Positions 10,412 through 20,114 of a stretch of 64,000 nt of DNA are shown here, one piece after another. Made by a program: the position numbers and the translations under genes. The notes under the pieces were generated by a model, which saw only the letters and a list, made by a program, of their open reading frames with translations, was not told where the DNA came from and made no database searches. Every line of letters starts with the position of its first letter. Within the stretch, counting starts at the first letter, position 1. Source of the DNA: an uncultured Actinomycetes bacterium (GTDB lineage: Bacteria > Actinomycetota > UBA4738 > HRBIN12); the NCBI GenBank assembly GCA_963704725.1, contig OY969934.1:2560001-2624000 (forward strand), given 5' to 3'.

Positions 10412-11643
10412 CGTCCCGTCCTCACTCGAGCCCGCCGGAACACCTCGGCCAGGTCGGAGCCGGAGGAGGTCCGGTACACGAGCGCCCCGGCCCCGGTGAG
10501 GGCGTCCTCGAGCATGTCGACCCGGGACGGCTCGAGGTGCGGGACCCGGCGGGCCCCGTCGAACGTGTGGACCTCGACGAGGACGATCGCCACGCGCGGC
10601 GCCCAGGGGACGAGGTCGGCCACGGCCGGGACCAGGACCTCCGGGTCGTTGGCGCGCCACGTCGGCGCCACGAGCAGGAGGGCGGAGGCGCCGAGGACCT
10701 CCTCCCCCAGCTCCCCCACCAGGTCCGTCAACGACATCCCGGCGCCGGGCCGGAGCTCGGCCAGCCACCGAAGGGTCCCGGCCGGATCCGTGCGGGAGAC
10801 CGAGACGGGCCGGCCGGCGACGCCGGCCACGAGCCGGACGCCCTGGGCTCGGCCGTGCGCGGCGAAGGCCACCGACGCCCCCACCGAGCAGCACACGTCG
10901 AGGGGGGTCGGCCCGCCGTCCGGGGCCGCGTCGGCCACGGCGTCGATCACCACGGTCAACCGGCGCGTCTGCTCGCGCTCGAACTCCCGCACCATGAGCG
11001 CGCCGAGCCGGGCGGTCGAGGGCCAGTGGACGTGCCGCATGGAGTCGCCCACGCGGTACTCGCGGATGCCGAGGTAGTCGGGGCCGGTGCCGCGTCGCGG
11101 GGCGCTGTGGATGGCCCGCTCCGGCGTGGGGGCGGACTCCAGGAACGGCAGCTCGTCGAGCCGGACCAGCCTGGGGTAGACGACCGTCGGGCTGGCCACC
11201 TGCCGCCGCCGACGCCGCACGGCGACGCCGAAGGGGGCGGCCGAGGCCACGACGACGTCGGAGATCTCGTGCACCCCACGGACGGCGGCCCGGCGGCGGG
11301 TCTCCACGATCACCGTCTCGCCCGGACCGAGCCCCGGCACGAACGCCGCCACCGGCGCCAGGTGCTCGTCGACCAGCTCCAGGGCCAGCCGAGGCGACCG
11401 GGAGCGGTTCCGAAGGACGATCGACGCGCGCACCTCGTCGCCCTGGAACGCCTCCATCGGCGCCCGGCGCTCCACCTCGATCCGACGGATCATCCGTCCG
11501 GGCAGCGCGAACCCGGCCATCGTCGCGCCGAGAAGGCACGACGCCAGGACGAGCAGCCACCCCGCCTGCACGCTCGTGCCGACGACGAACAGCAGCGCGG
11601 CCCCGGCGGCGAGGGCGAACGCGCGCCGCCTGGGACGGGGCAT
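10408..11643 (-). CDS. DUF58 (vWA-like) protein
   Basis: GIREYRVGDSMRHVHWPSTAR...LMVREFE; lies between the MoxR and transglutaminase genes. Confidence 0.88.
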   Translation of the reverse strand: MPRPRRRAFALAAGAALLFVVGTSVQAGWLLVLASCLLGATMAGFALPGRMIRRIEVERRAPMEAFQGDEVRASIVLRNRSRSPRLALELVDEHLAPVAAFVPGLGPGETVIVETRRRAAVRGVHEISDVVVASAAPFGVAVRRRRRQVASPTVVYPRLVRLDELPFLESAPTPERAIHSAPRRGTGPDYLGIREYRVGDSMRHVHWPSTARLGALMVREFEREQTRRLTVVIDAVADAAPDGGPTPLDVCCSVGASVAFAAHGRAQGVRLVAGVAGRPVSVSRTDPAGTLRWLAELRPGAGMSLTDLVGELGEEVLGASALLLVAPTWRANDPEVLVPAVADLVPWAPRVAIVLVEVHTFDGARRVPHLEPSRVDMLEDALTGAGALVYRTSSGSDLAEVFRRARVRTGR

Positions 11644-11647
11644 CGGC

Positions 11648-12625
11648 CTAGCGGGAGGCGCCGAGGGGGACCGGCACGCGCTCGAGCAGCTCGCGGACCA
11701 CGTCGCGGGCGGTCCCGCTGGCCACGGTCCCCCGGCTGCGCGGGATGAGCCGGTGGGCGAGGACCGGGCCGGCCATCGCCTTGACGTCGTCGGGCAGCAC
11801 GAACGCCCGCCCCTGCATCGCGGCGCGAGCCTGCGCCGCCCGCGTCAGCCAGATCATCGCCCGGGGCGACGCGCCGAGCAGGATGTCGCCGTGCTCTCGC
11901 GTGGCCTTGGCCAGAGCCACGACGTAGTCCAGGACGGGCTCCTCGACGTGGACGGCGCGAACGGCGTGCTGGTGCTCGACGACGTCGCGGGCCGACACGA
12001 CCGCTCCGAGCTCCTCGATCGGGCTTCCCGAGAGCTGCCGGCGCACGATCTCGCCGGCCGCGGCGTCGTCGGGGTATCCCACGCTGACGGTCATGGTGAA
12101 CCGGTCGAGCTCCCCTTCGGGGAGCGGGTAGGTGCCGTGCTGATCCACCGGGTTCTCGGTCGCGACGACCAGGAACGGCCGGGGCAGCGGGTACGTGACG
12201 TTCTCCACCGTCACCTGCCGCTCCTCCATCGGCTCCAGGAGCGCCGACTGCGTTCGGGGCGTCGTGCGGTTGATCTCGTCGACCAGGACGACGTTCGCGA
12301 ACACCGGCCCCGGGACGAAGCGGAACTCCCCCGAGGACTGGTCGTAGACCGAGATCCCGGTGAGGTCGCTGGGGAGCAGATCCGGGGTCGCCTGGACCCG
12401 GTGGAACGACCCGTCGATCGACGCCGCGAGCGACCGGGCGAGCATGGTCTTGCCGACGCCGGGCACGCCCTCGAGCAGGAGGTTGCCCTCGGCGAACAGG
12501 CAGATCACGGTGGCCTCGACCTGGTCGCGGACCCCCGCGATGACACGTCCGATGTTGTCCGCCACGCGGCGCATGGCGGCAGCGGTCGTGCCGAGATCAC
12601 CCTCCGACGGCATCCCTTTGGGCAT
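11648..12625 (-). CDS. MoxR-family AAA+ ATPase
   Basis: LLEGVPGVGKT, TPDLLPSD, DEINRTTPRTQSALLE, GTYPLPE, GASPR. Confidence 0.93.
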   Translation of the reverse strand: MPKGMPSEGDLGTTAAAMRRVADNIGRVIAGVRDQVEATVICLFAEGNLLLEGVPGVGKTMLARSLAASIDGSFHRVQATPDLLPSDLTGISVYDQSSGEFRFVPGPVFANVVLVDEINRTTPRTQSALLEPMEERQVTVENVTYPLPRPFLVVATENPVDQHGTYPLPEGELDRFTMTVSVGYPDDAAAGEIVRRQLSGSPIEELGAVVSARDVVEHQHAVRAVHVEEPVLDYVVALAKATREHGDILLGASPRAMIWLTRAAQARAAMQGRAFVLPDDVKAMAGPVLAHRLIPRSRGTVASGTARDVVRELLERVPVPLGASR

Positions 12626-12705
12626 CGACTCCCCGGGCGCGGGCCTTGAACCCGACGCCGGGACTCCACCCGGAGGCCGGCATGCTCGCCGGACTATCGG
12701 TGGAC

Positions 12706-12927
12706 CTACGGCTGGCGAACGAGGACGCGCTGCCGATCGCGAGCGCGCAGCGAGGGTCGCTCCAGGCGATCGGCGAGGCGTCGGAGCAGCGCGGCGGTCG
12801 CCCGGGTCCGACCGCGCTCCTCGCACGGCTCGGTGACGACGGCCCGGTCCACGGCGCGCCGGATGTCGCCCTGGCGGAGGTCTCCGAGTTCCTTGCGGAA
12901 AGCTGGCATCACTTGCTCGTCCCCCAT
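12706..12927 (-). CDS. Small hypothetical protein (73 aa)
   Basis: ATG lies just past the palindromic operator, divergent from the MarR gene; no recognisable domain. Confidence 0.45.
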   Translation of the reverse strand: MGDEQVMPAFRKELGDLRQGDIRRAVDRAVVTEPCEERGRTRATAALLRRLADRLERPSLRARDRQRVLVRQP

Positions 12928-12934
12928 CGCTCGT

Positions 12935-12954
12935 GTATCTTGACGTGAAGATAC
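12935..12954. promoter_or_regulatory. Palindromic operator GTATCTT-N6-AAGATAC, probable binding site of the adjacent MarR regulator
   Basis: Perfect 7-bp inverted repeat in an AT-rich divergent intergenic region; a weaker related site (CTTTATGTCAAGAC) overlaps the MarR start codon. Confidence 0.7.
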
Positions 12955-12969
12955 TCACGGGAAAGCTTT

Positions 12970-13533
12970 ATGTCAAGACTCTCGAGCAAGAGCGAAGTCG
13001 CCGCGCCCCGGGATCGCGTCGACGAGCACGTCGAGCAGGCGGTGCGGGAGTTCCCGGAGGTCGACCCGGCGGTCGAGGCCATCCTGGCCAGGATCGACAA
13101 GCTCGAGCGCTACCTCAACAAGACCATGGCGGAGACCCTGGCCCGGCACCGGCTGGGCGAGGGCGACTACAAGGTCCTGGTGAGGCTCCGCCTGGCCGAG
13201 GGCAACCGGCTCTCCCCCGGCGAGCTGAGCGACTCCCTGATGCTGTCGACCGGGGCCATGACGAACCGCCTGGACCGGCTCGAGGAGCGGGGCCTCGTCG
13301 TGCGAAAGCCCGAGCCGCGTGACCGCCGCGGCGTCCTCGTCGAGCTCACCGCCGAGGGCCACGACGCGCTGGCCGCCGCCATCCACGAGCAGGCCGCGAG
13401 GGAGATCCAGCTCCTCGGCGTGCTGAGCGAGGACGAGAAGGCGGCGGTGAACGACTTGCTGCGCAAGCTCCTCCTGCACTTCGAGGAGCTGCTGGGCCCC
13501 CCGCCGCGGCGCCGCGGCCACCTGGACGTCTGA
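12970..13533 (+). CDS. MarR-family regulator (TamR/PecS-like)
   Basis: DRVDEHVEQ...LSPGELSDSLMLSTGAMTNRLDRLEERGLVVR...DRRGVLVELT winged helix. Confidence 0.9.
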   Translation: MSRLSSKSEVAAPRDRVDEHVEQAVREFPEVDPAVEAILARIDKLERYLNKTMAETLARHRLGEGDYKVLVRLRLAEGNRLSPGELSDSLMLSTGAMTNRLDRLEERGLVVRKPEPRDRRGVLVELTAEGHDALAAAIHEQAAREIQLLGVLSEDEKAAVNDLLRKLLLHFEELLGPPPRRRGHLDV

Positions 13534-13556
13534 GGGACGGGTCGCGCGGCTTCCGC

Positions 13557-15155
13557 TCAGCCCTTCGCAGAGCGCTTCTTCAGGTCCGCCAGGATCTCGC
13601 GGGCGGCGTTGGCCCCGGGGGCGCCGGTCACCCCGCCGCCGGGGTGGGCCCCGGAGCCGCACAGGTACAGACCGGGCAGGCCGAACCGGTATCGCGCGTG
13701 CCCGAGCAGCGGCCGCCACACGAAGAACTGGTCGAGCCCCGGCTCTGCGTGGTACACGTGGCCGCCCGAGAGGCCGTAGTCGCGCTCGAGGTCGACCGGC
13801 GTGATGACCTGCCGGGCCAGCACCTGCTCGCCGAGACCCGGTGCGTGCTTCTCCATCGTCTTGATCACGACGTCGCCGAGGTGGTCCCGCTCCGACCCCC
13901 AATCGCCCTCGCGCAGCGCGTACGGGGTCCACTGGACGACGATGCTCATCACGTGGCGGCCTTCGGGCGCGAGGCCCGGGTCGTTGATCGTCGGGATCGT
14001 CGCCTCGAGGTAGGGCTCGTCGCTCATCCGCCCGTACTTCGAGGCGTCGAACGCGTGCTCCAGGTCGTCGATCGAGGGCGCGATCAGGATCCGGCCGGCC
14101 ATGGGCTCGGGCGAGTCCGCGCCGCGGAACGCCGGGAGGCCGGACAGCGCGAGGTTCACCTTCGAGACGGTGCCCGGCGTTCGGATGTTCGAGGCGCGCC
14201 ACCGCAGGTGCGGGCCGATCTCGACCGGGTCGACGAGCGTGGTCAGCGTGCGCTTGGGATCGGCCGAGCTCACCACGGCGCGGGCATGGATCTCCTGGCC
14301 GTCCTCGAGGGCCACGCCGTACGCCCGGTGGCTCCTCGTCAGCACCCGCGTCACCTCCACGCCGGTCCGGATCTCGGCGCCGAACGCTCGCGCCGCGGCG
14401 GCCAGCGCCTCCGCGAGGGCGCCCGGCCCGCCCCGCGCCACGGCGGACTGGCCCGCCGCCCCGCCGTCGTTGCCGGCCGAGTCGGCCAGCAGCACCGTCG
14501 TCGTCCCGGCCGACCACGGGCCCATCGCCGTGTACTGGGTGGCTCGCGCCGCGATCGCGGCGCGCACGGCGTCGCTCTCGAACGCCTCGGCGACGTAGTC
14601 GGCGATGGCCATGGGGATGGCTCGGGTTGCCTCGCGCCCGGGCCGGGGTCCGAGGCGACGGAACGCGTTGCCGAGCTTCAGGCCGTTCAGGGCGTCGGCG
14701 ATCGAGGGGTCCTTCACGTCGGGCGGCGTGATGGCGTGGAGGTAGGCCAGGAAGCTCGCCAGGGCGCGGATCTTCCTGTCGAAGTCCGGATAGGCCTGGG
14801 CATCGGCCGCCGATCGCTCCCGGAGCCCGGCCGCGGTCCGAGATGCGTCCGCCCACAGCGTGAGCGGGGCCCCGTCGGGTTGGGGGGCGAACACGCGCAC
14901 CGAGGGCTCCACGAGGTCGAGCCCGTGCTTGAGGAGCCCCAGGTCGGCGATCACCGATCGCCGGAGCCTCCCCACGGTGTGGACGATCCCCGGAGCGCGG
15001 AAGCCGTCCGCGATCTCGATCGTGTCCAGGATCCCGCCGACGCGCTCGCGCCGTTCGAGCACGAGGACGCTGCGTCCCGCCTTCGCCAGGTACGCCGCCG
15101 TCACGAGCCCGTTGTGGCCCGCGCCGATCACGATCGCGTCGTAGGGCCGCGCCAC
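13557..15155 (-). CDS. Phytoene-dehydrogenase-like FAD oxidoreductase (PYROXD2-like)
   Basis: YDAIVIGAGHNGLVTAAYLA; C-terminal LYLCGSGAHPGGGVTGAPG. Confidence 0.88.
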   Translation of the reverse strand: MARPYDAIVIGAGHNGLVTAAYLAKAGRSVLVLERRERVGGILDTIEIADGFRAPGIVHTVGRLRRSVIADLGLLKHGLDLVEPSVRVFAPQPDGAPLTLWADASRTAAGLRERSAADAQAYPDFDRKIRALASFLAYLHAITPPDVKDPSIADALNGLKLGNAFRRLGPRPGREATRAIPMAIADYVAEAFESDAVRAAIAARATQYTAMGPWSAGTTTVLLADSAGNDGGAAGQSAVARGGPGALAEALAAAARAFGAEIRTGVEVTRVLTRSHRAYGVALEDGQEIHARAVVSSADPKRTLTTLVDPVEIGPHLRWRASNIRTPGTVSKVNLALSGLPAFRGADSPEPMAGRILIAPSIDDLEHAFDASKYGRMSDEPYLEATIPTINDPGLAPEGRHVMSIVVQWTPYALREGDWGSERDHLGDVVIKTMEKHAPGLGEQVLARQVITPVDLERDYGLSGGHVYHAEPGLDQFFVWRPLLGHARYRFGLPGLYLCGSGAHPGGGVTGAPGANAAREILADLKKRSAKG

Positions 15156-15157
15156 GG

Positions 15158-16780
15158 CTACGCCACCTCGTCCTTCCGTCTGGGCCCCTTCGAGGCCGAC
15201 CGCTGGGCCTTCAGGAGCTCGAGCGCCGCGATCCGTCCCGGCGCGCCCATGATGCCGCCGCCGGGGTGCGTGGCCGAGCCGCACATCCACAGGCTCTTGA
15301 TCGGCGTCCGGTACCGCGCCCATCCCGGCACCGGCCGGTTGAAGAAGAGCTGCTCCAGGCTGAGCTCGCCCTGGAAGATGTTGCCCTCGGTGAGGCCGGT
15401 CAGGTCCTCGATGTCCTTGGGGCTGAACACCTGCTTGTGCAGGATCAGGCTTCGGATCGCGGGGAAGCGCTCCTCGAGGGTGTCGATCACGGTCTCGCCG
15501 AACGCGTCACGCTCCGCGTCGTCCCACACCCGGCCCTCGGACAGGTGGTACGGCGCGTACTGCACGAAGCACGACATCACGTGCTTGCCGGGGGGCGCCA
15601 TCGTCGGGTCGACGAGGGTGGGCAGGATGCAGTCGATGTACGGCCGGCGCGAGAAGCGTCCGTACTTCGCGTCGTCGTACGCGCGTTCCATGTAGTCGAC
15701 GCTCGGCGAGAAGCTGATCGCGCCTCGCAGCCACTCACCCTTGCCGGGCCTGCACGCGAGCTCGGGGAGCGCGTCGAGCGCGAGGTTCACCTTGCCGCTC
15801 GATCCTCGGTACTTGTAGCGCTTCACCTCGTCCAGGAACGACGCGTCCAGATGCGCCGGCTCGACGAGCCGCAGGAACGTGAGGTGCGAGTCCACGCTCG
15901 AGAGCACGGTCCCGGCGGCGATCTCCTCGCCGGACTCCAGCACGACGCCGGTGGCCCGGCCGCCCCGGACCTCGATCCGCGCGACCGGCGCCTCCATCCT
16001 GATCTCGGCGCCGAGCGATTCCGCGGCGCGCCCGATCGCCTCCGAGATGCCGCCGGTGCCGCCGCGCGGGATCCCCCATGCTCGGAACGCGCCGTCGATC
16101 TCGCCCATGTAGTGGTGCAGCAGCACGTACGCGGTGCCCGGCGAGCGCACGCCCTGGAACGTCCCGATGATCCCGGACGCCGACATCGTGGCGATCAGCG
16201 GATCGGTCTCGAACCACTGCCGCAGGAAGTCGGTTGCGCTCATCGTCATGAGCTGCACGAAGGTGTGCTGCAACCGCTCCGGAAGCTGCCCGAACGACTT
16301 GGCCAGCCCGGCGACCGGCATCCAGTCGAACGGGTTGATCTTGCCGGGGTCCGGCGGGACGAACGAAAGGATCGGCTTGACGAAGCGCGCCATGTCGGCC
16401 ATGAGCTGGCCGTACTCCTCGTAGGCCTCGGCGTCGCTCTTGGACCACCGCCGGATCTCGCGGATCGTCTTGCCGTGGTCGTTCACGCGCCACAGCGAGT
16501 CGCCCTCGAGCGGCGTGATCGTGCCGTCGAGCGGCAGGATCTCGAGCCCGTGCTTGGGCAGGTTCAGCTCGCGGATGATCTCGGGGCGGAGCAGCGAGAC
16601 GACGTAGGACATCTCGCTGAAGCGGAAGCCGGGGATGACCTCCTCGGTGACCGCGGCGCCCCCGAGGACGTGCCGCTTCTCGAGCACCAGGACCGAGCGG
16701 CCGGCCCGCGCGAGATAGGCGGCCGCGGTGAGACCGTTGTGCCCGCCCCCGATGACGACCGCGTCGTAGCGCTTGGCCAC
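15158..16780 (-). CDS. Phytoene-dehydrogenase-like FAD oxidoreductase (PYROXD2-like)
   Basis: YDAVVIGGGHNGLTAAAYLA, PGTAYVLLHHYMG, CGSATHPGGGIMGAPG. Confidence 0.9.
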   Translation of the reverse strand: MAKRYDAVVIGGGHNGLTAAAYLARAGRSVLVLEKRHVLGGAAVTEEVIPGFRFSEMSYVVSLLRPEIIRELNLPKHGLEILPLDGTITPLEGDSLWRVNDHGKTIREIRRWSKSDAEAYEEYGQLMADMARFVKPILSFVPPDPGKINPFDWMPVAGLAKSFGQLPERLQHTFVQLMTMSATDFLRQWFETDPLIATMSASGIIGTFQGVRSPGTAYVLLHHYMGEIDGAFRAWGIPRGGTGGISEAIGRAAESLGAEIRMEAPVARIEVRGGRATGVVLESGEEIAAGTVLSSVDSHLTFLRLVEPAHLDASFLDEVKRYKYRGSSGKVNLALDALPELACRPGKGEWLRGAISFSPSVDYMERAYDDAKYGRFSRRPYIDCILPTLVDPTMAPPGKHVMSCFVQYAPYHLSEGRVWDDAERDAFGETVIDTLEERFPAIRSLILHKQVFSPKDIEDLTGLTEGNIFQGELSLEQLFFNRPVPGWARYRTPIKSLWMCGSATHPGGGIMGAPGRIAALELLKAQRSASKGPRRKDEVA

Positions 16781-16903
16781 CAGGCCATCGTAGGGGGGCG
16801 CCCGCTCGCCGCCCACGACCTCCTTGACTGCAGGTCAGAGGGGTCGCGGGGGGGAGACCGGGTGCGCGGCTACGCTACCGACGGACCATCCGCAGGAGGC
16901 ATC

Positions 16904-18094
16904 GTGAGCGTCGGAACCGCGTTCCACCCACGCACGTCCGGGCTGAACTCGAAGATGGCGTGGGGCGAGTGGTCGGGCTACTTCGCCGCGGCGGTCTACG
17001 CCGACTTCCACGACATCGAGTACAACGCGATCCGGGAGCAGGCGGCGCTGATCGACGTCTCCCCCCTGTACAAGTACGCCGTCACCGGGCCCGACGCCGC
17101 GCGGCTCGTCGACCGCGTCATGACGCGCGACGTGTCGAAGCTGCGCGTGGGACGGGTCTTCTACACGCCCTGGTGCAACGAGGACGGCAAGGTGGTCGAC
17201 GACGGCACCGTCACGCGCCGCGCCGAGCGCGAGTTCTTCTGGACGGCGGCGGATCCTTCCTACCGCTGGTTGGTCCTGAACGCCGCCGGTCTCGACGTCG
17301 AGATCGAGGACGTGTCCGAGCAGATCGCCGGCGTCGCCCTGCAGGGTCCGCGTTCGCGGATGGTCCTGGAGGCCGCGAGTCGCGCCGAATGGGCGGATCT
17401 CGCGTACTTCGGGCACCGACGCACCGAGATCGGCGGGGCGGATGTCCACGTCACGCGGACCGGCTACACGGGCGACCTCGGCTACGAGGTGTGGGTGCCC
17501 GTCGACGCCGCGGTCGACGTGTGGGACGCCCTGTGGGAGGCCGGCGAGCCTCACGGCATCCGACCGGCCGGCATCCACGCCCTGGACGTCTCGCGGGTCG
17601 AGGCCGGGCTCATCCTCATCGAGGCCGACTACACGAGCGCTCGACACGCGATCACCCAGGAGCAGATGTACTCGCCGTTCGAGATCGGGCTCGGCCGGCT
17701 GGTCGACCTGGGCAAGACGAGCTTCGTCGGCCATCACGCGCTCGAGCTCGAGCAGCGCCGGGGCGGCCCGGCCAGGCGCCTGGTCGGGCTCGACCTCGAG
17801 TGGAGCGGCATCGAGGCTCTGTACGCCAAGCACGACCTCCCGCCCCAGGTCTCGCCGTATGTCAACCGGGACCCCGTGCCGGTCTACCGGTCCGGCACGC
17901 AGGTGGGCCGCGCCACCAGCATCGCCTGGGGGCCGACGATCAAGCGGATGGTCGGGTTCGGCTCTCTCCCCCCGGCCCTGGCAGCCCCCGGCACACGCGT
18001 GTCGGTCGAGTGGAGCGTCGAGGGCGAGCGCGGCAAGGCGGGGGCGACGGTGGTCGAGCTCCCCTTCCTCGACCTCGAGCGCAGGCGCGCGTAG
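16904..18094 (+). CDS. GcvT-like folate-dependent aminomethyltransferase family protein
   Basis: EYNAIREQAALIDVSPLYK, GKVVDDGTV, TRTGYTGDLGYE, LDVSRVEAG. Confidence 0.9.
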   Translation: MSVGTAFHPRTSGLNSKMAWGEWSGYFAAAVYADFHDIEYNAIREQAALIDVSPLYKYAVTGPDAARLVDRVMTRDVSKLRVGRVFYTPWCNEDGKVVDDGTVTRRAEREFFWTAADPSYRWLVLNAAGLDVEIEDVSEQIAGVALQGPRSRMVLEAASRAEWADLAYFGHRRTEIGGADVHVTRTGYTGDLGYEVWVPVDAAVDVWDALWEAGEPHGIRPAGIHALDVSRVEAGLILIEADYTSARHAITQEQMYSPFEIGLGRLVDLGKTSFVGHHALELEQRRGGPARRLVGLDLEWSGIEALYAKHDLPPQVSPYVNRDPVPVYRSGTQVGRATSIAWGPTIKRMVGFGSLPPALAAPGTRVSVEWSVEGERGKAGATVVELPFLDLERRRA

Positions 18095-18146
18095 GCGGTC
18101 GTCACACCAACTCCATCTGCGACGGGGCGCCGTCCGGGATAATCGA

Positions 18147-20108
18147 GTGAGCGTGCCGAACCGGTCCCGATCCTCGCTCGCCCTGATCGCGGCGTCCGGA
18201 GGCACCGTGGCGCTCGTCATCGCGCTCACCGGGAGCCTCGTGGCGTCGGCGATCGCCGGCCTCCTGGCCCTGGCGACCGCGCTCGTGGTCCTCCGAGCAC
18301 GCGTCGCGGCCGAAGCGACCGACGCGGTCCCCGAGGCCGATGCCGTCCCCGAGCCCACCGAGGCCGATGCGCCCCCCGACCCGTCACGGCGTCGGTTCCT
18401 GCGAGCCGTCGTCACCGGGCTGGGCCTCGTCGCCGTCGCCGGGGGATCCGCGCTCGGCGCCGTAGTTCGGCGGCTCACGCGCCCCGACCCCCGGCCGATC
18501 CTGGAGCGGACGGTGGGCGACCTCGGCGCCGAGTACGTCGAGCTCGTCACGCGCGCCTATCACCCCGAGCGCTCGGGCGACCTCCAGCTCCTGGTCACGC
18601 CCTTCTCGAGCTCCAACTACGCGAACGAGTCGCGGTCGCTCCTGCCCAACGACCCCCGATCCAGCCACGCCGTGGTGTGGATGTACGGAGAACGCGTGCC
18701 CATCGTCGTGTGGGCCCCCGGCCTCGTCGAGCCGCAGGACCACGAAGAGCGCGTCACGCTGGCCGATCTCGCGCCGACGACCGCACGCCTGATCGGGTTC
18801 GACGGGTACGCGGCCGCGGACGGCGTCCCGCTGCCCGGGATCCCGGCCCCGACCGGCGCGCCACCGCGAGTCGTCGTCACGTTCGTGATCGACGGCGGCG
18901 GCTGGGACGTCCTGCGGAAGTGGCCCGAGGCGTGGCCGAATTTGAAACGCCTCATGCGCGAGGGCGCCGCCTACCGCAACGCGATCACCGGCTCGTTCCC
19001 CGCCGTGACCGCCTCGGCGCACGCGACGATCGGCACCGGCGCGTACCCCCGGACGCACGGGATCACCGGGCACAACGTCCGGCGGGACGGACATCCGGTC
19101 AAGGCGTGGGGCGACCCGGGACGGGTCGATCCCTCCTTCCTCCTCGAGCCCACCCTGGCCGACCGGTGGAGCGCGGCGACGGGCGACGGCGCTTGGGTTG
19201 GTGAGATCGGGTACCAGGTCTGGCACCTCGGCATGCTGGGGCGGGGCGGGCGCCCCCTCGGCGACCTGCCCGTGGGGGTCTTCTGGGACGAGCCGGGCGG
19301 CAGCGGCGGGTGGAAACCGCACAACCCGGACCTGTACCGGCTTCCGGCGAGCGTGCCGGCCCCGGACCGGCTCGACTCGCTCACGGCCGCCTACCGCCCG
19401 CCGCCCGCCTCGCCCTACGACCGGTTCATCGCGAGCGACGCCAAGTCGATGTGCTGCTTCCCGCCGGTGGTCCGCCTGCAGGGAGAGCTCATCGAGTCGA
19501 CGTTCGAGTCGGAGCCCATCGGCGGGGACGGCGTGCCCGGCCTGCTCTACCTCAACTTCAAGGCGCCGGACTACTCGGGCCACGTCTACAACATGGACGA
19601 CCCCCGGCAGGCCGAGGTCCTCGGCGCCGTCGACGGCGAGATCGGGCGCCTGGCCGACCTGCTCGAGCGGCGGTTCGGACCCGGCGGGTTCGCGCTGATC
19701 GTCACGGCCGACCACGGCCAGTGCCCACTGATCGACCCCAGCGGCGGCGTCCGGATCGACCCGATCCAACTCGAGTCGGACCTGGTGCGGGAGTTCGGCA
19801 AGAGCGTGTTCGGCCTCGTCGAGCTCGTCGCGCCGTCCGAGGTCTACCTGAGCTCCCGGGCCCTCGCCGACGCCGGCTACAGCGCCGAGGACGTCGCCGC
19901 GTTCCTCGCCGGCTACCGGTACGGGGAGAACATCGGGCCCTACGTCCGGCCCGCCGCGATCCGGCGGGACCGGCTCGGCGACCGAACGTTCGCCGCGGTC
20001 CTGCCGAAGAGCTTCATCGCGGACCTCGCAAACCTCGATCTCTCGGGTTACGGGAGCTCGAGCTTCGCGGATGCGGATCCCGGGGGGATCCCCGCCGTCA
20101 CCTGGTAG
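18147..20108 (+). CDS. Membrane-anchored alkaline phosphatase superfamily protein (PafA/PhoK-like, apparently circularly permuted, internal Tat motif)
   Basis: VVTFVIDG, VTASAHATIGTG, PDYSGH and VTADHG motifs; SRRRFL follows two TM helices. Confidence 0.8.
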   Translation: MSVPNRSRSSLALIAASGGTVALVIALTGSLVASAIAGLLALATALVVLRARVAAEATDAVPEADAVPEPTEADAPPDPSRRRFLRAVVTGLGLVAVAGGSALGAVVRRLTRPDPRPILERTVGDLGAEYVELVTRAYHPERSGDLQLLVTPFSSSNYANESRSLLPNDPRSSHAVVWMYGERVPIVVWAPGLVEPQDHEERVTLADLAPTTARLIGFDGYAAADGVPLPGIPAPTGAPPRVVVTFVIDGGGWDVLRKWPEAWPNLKRLMREGAAYRNAITGSFPAVTASAHATIGTGAYPRTHGITGHNVRRDGHPVKAWGDPGRVDPSFLLEPTLADRWSAATGDGAWVGEIGYQVWHLGMLGRGGRPLGDLPVGVFWDEPGGSGGWKPHNPDLYRLPASVPAPDRLDSLTAAYRPPPASPYDRFIASDAKSMCCFPPVVRLQGELIESTFESEPIGGDGVPGLLYLNFKAPDYSGHVYNMDDPRQAEVLGAVDGEIGRLADLLERRFGPGGFALIVTADHGQCPLIDPSGGVRIDPIQLESDLVREFGKSVFGLVELVAPSEVYLSSRALADAGYSAEDVAAFLAGYRYGENIGPYVRPAAIRRDRLGDRTFAAVLPKSFIADLANLDLSGYGSSSFADADPGGIPAVTW

Positions 20109-20114
20109 CGAGCC

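Noticed and set aside
13557-16780. Carotenoid biosynthesis (crtI) genes
   Set aside because: No crtB or crtE nearby; motifs and the GcvT neighbour fit the PYROXD2-like group.
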